DNA of 64,000 nucleotides, from contig CBFGNC010000015.1 in NCBI GenBank assembly GCA_965650135.1, positions 22,585 through 86,584 of the forward strand, read 5' to 3'. Of this stretch, positions 57,510 through 64,000 are shown piece by piece; position 1 is the first letter of the stretch; each line of letters begins with the position of its first letter. The notes below the pieces were generated by a model that searched no databases, was not told the origin of the DNA, and saw nothing but the letters and a program-made list of their open reading frames with translations. This DNA comes from an uncultured Fluviicola sp. Its GTDB lineage: Bacteria > Bacteroidota > Bacteroidia > Flavobacteriales_D > Crocinitomicaceae. A program made the translations under genes and the position numbers.

Positions 57510-57926
57510 CTATTTGCTATAAGCAATATCATATTGGACGTCAATCTGGGAAATCTGTACATCCATTTCATTCCAGGAATACAATTCAACGTACAATCCG
57601 GTAGTTGAATCAAAAACAGTCACACGACGATCTTTTTTACGGTAAGATTCGTACGATTTAGCATCAAACAATTGTCGTTGTGAACGAAGAACCATCTGAT
57701 TGTCAGCAAAACGATACGATTGCGCCATCACGTAATTCAATTTAGCAAGCTTGCGCGCATCACTTTCCAATTCCATGCGCTCTTGAGTGGAGAAATTCGC
57801 CTGGATCAAACGCTGGGTAACGGGCGCACAATCGGCGAATTTCTGAATGAGGGTAACGGTGTTAGCTTGAGAGAATCCTACTAAGCTTAAACAAAGGAAA
57901 GCTAAAATGGTAATTGTAGTTTTCAT
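57510..57926 (-). CDS. hypothetical secreted protein
   Basis: The ORF is trimmed to the signal peptide MKTTITILAFLCLSLVGFSQ. I recognise no family. Confidence 0.35.
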   Translation of the reverse strand: MKTTITILAFLCLSLVGFSQANTVTLIQKFADCAPVTQRLIQANFSTQERMELESDARKLAKLNYVMAQSYRFADNQMVLRSQRQLFDAKSYESYRKKDRRVTVFDSTTGLYVELYSWNEMDVQISQIDVQYDIAYSK

Positions 57927-58172
57927 AGCAGTGTGTTTTAAGATGATCTTAATAATGGCTTTCATTATTAACTATCTAAAAGCTATGAATTATTTAAGCA
58001 GAAATCAAATCTGTGGGTTTTCTAACAAATCAACTCAATCAAACAGACCGCATATTTACTGATAATTACAAAACAATCGTTAGAACTCACAATTCATCCT
58101 AAAGCACGATTTAATCGCTATGCATGCATAAATATTCAATCAAAACCTCGATTTGTTCATTTAATTGGAATT

Positions 58173-59183
58173 CTACAAAATATTTACCTCACGCTCCAAA
58201 GTCACACCGAATTTGGATTGGATATCTTCAATGATCAGAGTGGATAAATCGAAAATTTCCTGTCCGGTAGCACCTCCGTAATTCACCAGAACCAAGGCTT
58301 GTTTCTCATGAACACCGCAGTTCCCGATACGTTTACCTTTCCATCCTGCTTTTTCAATCATCCAACCGGCAGCCAGTTTCTCTTCTCCTGATTCCTGCGG
58401 ATAATGGGACGCATCAGGATAATTGGCCAATATTGTTTCGAAAACAGCCTTTGAAACAACCGGATTCTTGAAGAAACTTCCTGCATTACCAAGTACTTTC
58501 GGATCCGGGAGTTTGCTTCTGCGGATATTCATCACTGCCTGACTAACCGTATCAACCGTAATATCCTCCACTCCCATCACTTCTATTTCAGATTGGATTG
58601 CCCCATAAGTGGTATTCATTTTCGGGTGCTTCAATAATTCATACGAAACCGAAACAATCACATATTGATCCTTCAGTGCTCTTTTGAAAACACTCTCCCG
58701 ATAACCGAATTGGCATTGTTCCCTATTGAAGGAATGCAACTCCAAAGAATCGATATGAAGAGCTTCCAAGGAAACAAACGAATCTTTTATCTCCACACCG
58801 TAAGCACCGATATTCTGCATGGGACTTGCCCCGACACTTCCGGGAATCAAACTCATATTCTCTATTCCTCCCCATCCGTTTTCAACAGTGTACCGGACAA
58901 AAGAGTGCCACTCAACTCCCGATCCCACTTTTAAAACAATATTTGTTTCCGTTTCATTGACAACTTCAATTCCGGAAATTTCATTCTTCAAAACAAAAAA
59001 AGGTAAATCCTGAGTCAGCAGAATATTACTTCCTCCCCCGAGAATAAGCAAAGGAGTTTCCGTATCACGATTTCTCAATAAACGGATCAATTCATCCACT
59101 GAGCCGAAACGCCCGAATGACTTTGCCCGGACATCAATTCCAAAGGTGTTGTAAGGTTTTAAAGAGATGTTGTATTCGATCAT
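58173..59183 (-). CDS. murB: UDP-N-acetylmuramate dehydrogenase
   Basis: 336 aa with the FAD-binding N-domain LGGGSNIL and a MurB C-terminal domain GSFFKNP. Confidence 0.9.
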   Translation of the reverse strand: MIEYNISLKPYNTFGIDVRAKSFGRFGSVDELIRLLRNRDTETPLLILGGGSNILLTQDLPFFVLKNEISGIEVVNETETNIVLKVGSGVEWHSFVRYTVENGWGGIENMSLIPGSVGASPMQNIGAYGVEIKDSFVSLEALHIDSLELHSFNREQCQFGYRESVFKRALKDQYVIVSVSYELLKHPKMNTTYGAIQSEIEVMGVEDITVDTVSQAVMNIRRSKLPDPKVLGNAGSFFKNPVVSKAVFETILANYPDASHYPQESGEEKLAAGWMIEKAGWKGKRIGNCGVHEKQALVLVNYGGATGQEIFDLSTLIIEDIQSKFGVTLEREVNIL

Positions 59184-59230
59184 GGTGCAAAATTAACACA
59201 ATTGAATTGAGAATGTAAAATGTACAATTG

Positions 59231-59268
59231 AAAAGAAAAAGGTGGCCTCGATCTCTCTTAGCCACCTT
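59231..59268 (-). terminator. intrinsic terminator after sppA
   Basis: 8-bp stem aaggtggc/gccacctt, followed on the - strand by tttttctttt. Confidence 0.6.
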
Positions 59269-59309
59269 GTCAATTATTTATTCCGATAGCTATCGGAACT
59301 CATTTTCAA

Positions 59310-61088
59310 TTAATGAAGATCGATTTCGTAAGGCATTCTCATTTGAATTCCACTATACGATTCCAATTTCATCAATCGTTTCGTCAGATCATCGATCACT
59401 TTCGGAACAGCTTGCTGTTTGATTTTCACTGATTCCTGATCCTCTTTAGACAATTGTTCCAGGATCTCTTCGAACGGATCTTCTTTTACTTTCGGATAAT
59501 ATTGAACTTTTGCATTCTTCACTTTCGCTTCTTTGATAGCAAAAGCCAATGCATCGTTCATTCCTCCCAGCTTATCCACCAACCCGATTTTCAATGCATC
59601 AGCACCAGTCCAGACACGACCACGTGCGATCACTTGCACCTGATTTGTTGTCAAACCTCTTCCGTCAGCAACACGCTTTTTAAATTGCGTATAAATCTGA
59701 TCAACTTCCGTCTGGATCAAACTTGTTTCTTCCGGGGTCAATTTTCTATTCATTGACAATACACTGTGTTTATTTGTCTGAACGCGATCGAAGGTCAAGC
59801 CCAACTTATTCTCCATGAATCCACCGGTATATGGAATCACTCCGAATACACCAATTGAACCCGTTATAGTTGTCGGTTCAGCAAAAATAGTGCTTGCCGG
59901 TGTTGAAATATAATATCCTCCGGATGCAGCAACATCCCCCATGGAAACGATCACTTTCTTTTTCTTCGTTGTCAGGGAAACCTCTCTCCAGATCTCTTCG
60001 GATGCCAAAGCACTTCCTCCCGGACTGTTTACGCGGAAAACAACCACCTTAATTTTATTATTGTTTCGAACTTCCCTGAAATACTTACAGATTTTCTCTG
60101 AAGTCATTTCATCTCCATTCACCGTAATTGCACCTTCAGCAACGATTACTGCCACATTTGCACTGGACAAGTTCGTGGTAAAGGCCAATTGTTTATTTTT
60201 AAATGACTTTTTTGCATATTCTTCGAATGTCATGATATTTTTCAGATCTTTCAATTTGGATTTTTTCAAGACGATTCCCTCCACTTCATCACGGTATTTA
60301 GTGGCATCGATCAATTTGAATTTAACCGCGTCATCTACACGTTGAATTTTTGCGTTTTCTGCAATATCATTTAGTTGAGCAACCGTCAATTTGCGGTCTG
60401 CTGCAATTTGAGAACGGATATCCGACCAGATAGAGCTCATATAGCGTTGCGTTTGCAAACGGCTTGAATCACTCATATTTGTTCTGAAGTATGGTTCAAC
60501 TGCACTTTTGAAATCGTTGTTTGAACCACGGATGACCTGCATTTCGATTCCTAACTTATCAAAGGTGTTCTTGAAGAACATCAATTCACCACCAAGACCG
60601 ATGAATTCCATTGCAGATGTGGAGAAACCATATACCTCATCAGAAGCAGAGCTAATGTAATACTGCTTCTGAGTGATTACTTCACCGTTCAAATAGGCAA
60701 CTACGAATTTCCCCGACTTCTTGAAATCCTTCAATGCATTGCGAATTTCCATTGCAGTGGCATAACCGCATTGGACATTGCCCAATTCCAGGTAAATCCC
60801 TTTTACATGTTTATCTTCTTTCGCTTTTTCCAATCCTGTCAAGATATCCGCCAAACCGGTTGTCTTATCCATTGAAAAGTTCGGAGCGTTCAAAGTAGAG
60901 GAACTTCTTTCACCGATTGCGCCACTAAGAGTCATATGTAAAACACTTGAATCCTTAGCATTCGGCTCATCACCCAACAAAGATCCAAAAACAATCAACC
61001 AAAAGATCCACCCCAAAACGGATAAGATCAGAGATGCTAATAAGGATGGCCAGAATATGCGCCAAAAAGAAACTTTTATTGTAGACAT
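59310..61088 (-). CDS. sppA: signal peptide peptidase SppA, 67K type
   Basis: Two S49 peptidase repeats are present (the second has GDVAASGGYY). The start is trimmed to MSTIKVSFW because a TATATTTG -7 box lies inside the longer ORF. Confidence 0.85.
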   Translation of the reverse strand: MSTIKVSFWRIFWPSLLASLILSVLGWIFWLIVFGSLLGDEPNAKDSSVLHMTLSGAIGERSSSTLNAPNFSMDKTTGLADILTGLEKAKEDKHVKGIYLELGNVQCGYATAMEIRNALKDFKKSGKFVVAYLNGEVITQKQYYISSASDEVYGFSTSAMEFIGLGGELMFFKNTFDKLGIEMQVIRGSNNDFKSAVEPYFRTNMSDSSRLQTQRYMSSIWSDIRSQIAADRKLTVAQLNDIAENAKIQRVDDAVKFKLIDATKYRDEVEGIVLKKSKLKDLKNIMTFEEYAKKSFKNKQLAFTTNLSSANVAVIVAEGAITVNGDEMTSEKICKYFREVRNNNKIKVVVFRVNSPGGSALASEEIWREVSLTTKKKKVIVSMGDVAASGGYYISTPASTIFAEPTTITGSIGVFGVIPYTGGFMENKLGLTFDRVQTNKHSVLSMNRKLTPEETSLIQTEVDQIYTQFKKRVADGRGLTTNQVQVIARGRVWTGADALKIGLVDKLGGMNDALAFAIKEAKVKNAKVQYYPKVKEDPFEEILEQLSKEDQESVKIKQQAVPKVIDDLTKRLMKLESYSGIQMRMPYEIDLH

Positions 61089-61106
61089 AGATACTAAACT
61101 TTGAAA

Positions 61107-61114
61107 CAAATATA
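61107..61114 (-). promoter_or_regulatory. candidate -7 promoter box (TATATTTG) for sppA
   Basis: It matches TAnnTTTG on the - strand, 18 nt upstream of the ATG at 61088. Confidence 0.35.
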
Positions 61115-61191
61115 CGCCCAAATAAAAAGTCATCCCATCTTTAATGATGTAAGTTATCTTTACTCTATCAAAAGGACAAATATTGATTTGA

Positions 61192-61728
61192 ATGGTAAGT
61201 CAAAAAGAAAGTATTTATAGCGAGCATATTTATATTGGTGTCGGGACGAATCTGGGTGATCGGCTGGGGAACATAAAAGCAGCTATGAAGGAGCTTGGCA
61301 TGCATGGAATCCGTGTTATCCGAACTTCATCCATTTACGAAACCCGGGCCTGGGGATTTGAATCCGACGATTTATTTCTAAATGCGGTGTTTGAATGCGC
61401 AAGCCCAATAAAACCAATGGATTGTTTAAAAGCCCTTCAATTTGTGGAAAAAAAAATGGGCAGACTAAAGACCCTGAAAGAGGGTTACGAATCGCGAATT
61501 ATTGACCTGGATATCCTGCTCTATAAAGAGCAACAAATCAGTTTACCCGAATTGACAATTCCCCACACCTATATCACTGAGAGACAGTTTGTAATCGAAC
61601 CGATGCATGAGCTAACAGGCTCCTTTTTCTTCCATTCACTCCAAAGCAATTTTGAAGACCTAAAAATTAAATTCAAAAACCCCGAATTTCCATTCGTCGT
61701 TTATAATCCGCCACTTGTCAATGAATAA
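61192..61728 (+). CDS. folK: 2-amino-4-hydroxy-6-hydroxymethyldihydropteridine diphosphokinase
   Basis: 178 aa with the HPPK-like motifs IGVGTNLGDR, YETRAWG, IDLDILLY and LTIPH. Confidence 0.85.
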   Translation: MVSQKESIYSEHIYIGVGTNLGDRLGNIKAAMKELGMHGIRVIRTSSIYETRAWGFESDDLFLNAVFECASPIKPMDCLKALQFVEKKMGRLKTLKEGYESRIIDLDILLYKEQQISLPELTIPHTYITERQFVIEPMHELTGSFFFHSLQSNFEDLKIKFKNPEFPFVVYNPPLVNE

Positions 61729-61809
61729 ATACATATTAATCTTCATAGGTTAAAAAATAATGTTTATTATTGCAAGGAATTTTATTAAGGTAGTAACTAA
61801 CAATTGAAT

Positions 61810-63510
61810 ATGAAAAAGCAAAGTATCAAAGGATTAGCTTTTATCGCTGTAACTGGTTCGCTTGTTTCAAGTTGTGATCTTTTAAAGGATCTGGATTACA
61901 CAGTAACTCCAAGCCCTCTTGAGATGCACGCTGACAGTGTACGCGTAAAAATTGACGTTAAATTCCCAGAGAAAGGAATTAAGAAAAAAGCATATGCTGA
62001 AATCACTCCGAAATTAGCTGGAACATCGTTGAAAACGGTAACAGTTCAAGGAGAGAAAGCGACAGCAAATGGTACAGTAATTCAGTATAAACCAGGTGGA
62101 ACTATGACATACACAGATGTTGTTGCATACAAACCGGAGTTTGAATACACTGAATTAATGGTAACTGGTAAAGTATTCAAAGGTGGTAAGGAAAAAGCAG
62201 GTCAATTTGAGGATAAAGAAATCGCAAAAGGTACCATCATCACTCCTTACTTGGTAAATAAAGATTTCAAGTGTATTTACGCGAAAGATGAGTTCAAGAG
62301 AGTAATTGAGCACACAACTGCTTCTCAGTTCAACTATTTGAAAGGAAAGCATGATGTTCGTAAAACTGAATACAAGGATACCGATATCGTGAATTTAGGG
62401 AACTGGTTGGCTGCTGCTCAGTCAAATCCGAAAATCGCTATCAAATCAATCAACATTACAGGTTTTGCATCTCCTGAAGGAGAAGTAGCGTTCAATGACA
62501 ACTTGTCAACTGACCGTGCAAATTCCGGTAAAGCTGCAACAATTGAAGTAGCGAAAAAATCTAAAAACGAAAAGGCATCAGGTGAGATTTACAACCTGGC
62601 TGGACGTGGTGAGGATTTTGACGGTTTCAAAGTACAGCTAGCTAAAAACACAGCAATCAAGCAAGAAGATAAAGATTTGATCTTACGTGTACTTCAAATG
62701 TACGCTGATCCGAATCAACGTGAGACTGAAATGAGAAACTTAGGTAAATCATTTACAGAATTAGACAAAAATATCTTCCCATTATTGCGTCGTGCTGAAG
62801 TTAGTGTTGTTTACGATCTAACAGGATATTCTGATGAGGAATTGAAATCAATCTCTACTTCAGATCCACAAAAATTGACATTAGAAGAGTTGTTATTTAC
62901 AGCTACTTTGACTGAAGATTTGAACGAGAAAGGTCGTTTATACCGTGAGGCTGAGAAAAAAGATCCTTCTGATTACCGTGCTGCAAACAACGTTGGTGTT
63001 GTATTGTACAACCAAGGTAAAGTTGCAGAAGCGAAATCTCAATTCGAAAAAGCAAATGGTTTGAAAGACAATGCTATTTCTAAAAACAACTTAGGTGCTG
63101 TTGCAGGAGTAAGCGGAGATCGTAAAAAAGCTGCTGATCTATTTGGACAAGCTGGTGGTGCAGGTGATGAAGTAAATTACAACAAAGGTATCCTTGCTAT
63201 TCAAAACGGTAAGTATGCAGATGCTGTGAGTTCTTTCGGTGGAACTGCTTCTTTCAACAAAGCATTGGCTCAATTGTTGAACGGTGACGCTGCTGCCGCA
63301 ATCAAAACTATCGATGATTCCAACGATAAAGAATCAGGTCAAGGATACTACCTGAAAGCAATTGCTGCTGCTCGTCAAAGCAAATTGACTGACTTGGTAA
63401 GCAACTTGAAAAATGCTATCGGTAAAGATGCTGCATGGAAAGCAAAAGCTGCTAAAGACCGTGAGTTCTTGAAGTATGCTGAAGACGCTTCTATGTCTTT
63501 CATCAAATAA
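61810..63510 (+). CDS. lipoprotein with an OmpA-like peptidoglycan-binding motif and C-terminal TPR-like repeats
   Basis: Lipobox TGSLVSSC. There is an OmpA-like motif ITGFASPEGEVAFNDNLSTDRA and C-terminal TPR-like helices (ANNVGVVLYNQGKVAEAKSQFEKA). The ATG at 61810 is preferred over the TTG at 61804. Confidence 0.45.
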   Translation: MKKQSIKGLAFIAVTGSLVSSCDLLKDLDYTVTPSPLEMHADSVRVKIDVKFPEKGIKKKAYAEITPKLAGTSLKTVTVQGEKATANGTVIQYKPGGTMTYTDVVAYKPEFEYTELMVTGKVFKGGKEKAGQFEDKEIAKGTIITPYLVNKDFKCIYAKDEFKRVIEHTTASQFNYLKGKHDVRKTEYKDTDIVNLGNWLAAAQSNPKIAIKSINITGFASPEGEVAFNDNLSTDRANSGKAATIEVAKKSKNEKASGEIYNLAGRGEDFDGFKVQLAKNTAIKQEDKDLILRVLQMYADPNQRETEMRNLGKSFTELDKNIFPLLRRAEVSVVYDLTGYSDEELKSISTSDPQKLTLEELLFTATLTEDLNEKGRLYREAEKKDPSDYRAANNVGVVLYNQGKVAEAKSQFEKANGLKDNAISKNNLGAVAGVSGDRKKAADLFGQAGGAGDEVNYNKGILAIQNGKYADAVSSFGGTASFNKALAQLLNGDAAAAIKTIDDSNDKESGQGYYLKAIAAARQSKLTDLVSNLKNAIGKDAAWKAKAAKDREFLKYAEDASMSFIK

Positions 63511-63535
63511 GAAATTAACTTCTTAAATAATAAGA

Positions 63536-63570
63536 CCCCGACATCGCTTAGCGATCGTCGGGGTTTTTTA
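63536..63570 (+). terminator. intrinsic terminator
   Basis: Stem ccccgacatcgc/gcgatcgtcgggg (12 bp, one bulge), 3-nt loop, then T6. Confidence 0.7.
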
Positions 63571-63601
63571 TTACATTTGAATCTATACCAATCAATATCC
63601 G

Positions 63602-64000
63602 ATGAATTCAATTTTCCTTCGCGCGAAACACTGGCAATTATTTATACCCTTGATTGCTATTCCATTTGTTACCTTCATCATTTTTGGTGTTGCCGTTGCT
63701 ATCATCATGCTAGGACACAATCGCAATCCAAGAGGACCTGAAGACCTTGTTTGGATCTTCTACTTTTTTCCGATTCTCTTTGCTCTTTGCGGGTTTATTC
63801 AATTTGCCTGGTTTTGGAATGTCATTACCAAATTAAATCCATTGGTCCCAACCAGGAGAGGCAAATTTCCAATGAGAAGAATTAAGCTGTTTTTCTTTAT
63901 ACCGATAATCTACTTCTGCCTGGCTCCGTTTTTTATTGCTTTTGCAGTTAAGACAACCAGCCATCATCAAAATATAGGCGGAATGATGCAAGTGGCAATA
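63602..64000 (+). CDS. hypothetical multi-TM membrane protein (5' part, runs off the window)
   Basis: My own translation gives an open frame from the ATG at 63602 to the window end (133 codons, MNSIFLRAKHWQLFIPLIAIPFVTFIIFGVAVAIIML...). It is not in the ORF track because no stop codon falls inside the window. Confidence 0.4.
   Translation, partial: MNSIFLRAKHWQLFIPLIAIPFVTFIIFGVAVAIIMLGHNRNPRGPEDLVWIFYFFPILFALCGFIQFAWFWNVITKLNPLVPTRRGKFPMRRIKLFFFIPIIYFCLAPFFIAFAVKTTSHHQNIGGMMQVAI

Overview
This is a 64-kb chromosomal window from an AT-rich Bacteroidota genome that looks Flavobacteriia-like. The evidence for that placement is a porV-porU / porP(sprF)-like / gldJ type IX secretion and gliding cluster, a protease with a T9SS C-terminal sorting domain, and TAnnTTTG-type -7 promoter boxes. 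Most of the window is tightly packed housekeeping. It holds a TetR-TolC-MFP-RND efflux operon, bioB-bioF, ispF, murF, murB, an acyl-CoA dehydrogenase, anmK, a glutamate dehydrogenase, nhaA, folC, folK, tpx, comM/yifB, a DEAD-box helicase, sppA and a FecCD-type ABC importer. There is one RNA gene, tRNA-Val(UAC). I found no rRNA, no CRISPR array, no integrase or transposase, and no recognisable defence genes. Four things deserve a second look. (1) A single-gene GIY-YIG cassette sits behind tRNA-Val. It is bounded by an exact 23-nt duplication of the tRNA 3' end and ends in a tRNA-like hairpin module. (2) An exbB-exbD pair is followed by three consecutive membrane-anchored proteins with TonB-C-like ends, two of which are tandem paralogs with non-proline linkers. 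(3) An ECF sigma factor is translationally coupled to a 538-aa partner that combines an anti-sigma-like N-terminus, one TM helix, a long K/S/T/P-rich linker and a C-terminal outer-membrane beta-barrel-like domain. (4) A mar-like module (MFS pump, stand-alone AraC-HTH, MarR) contains a 435-bp ORF-poor structured spacer. Several small DNA-level oddities are listed separately. All protein calls come from reading the translations and recalling family signatures. No database search was run.
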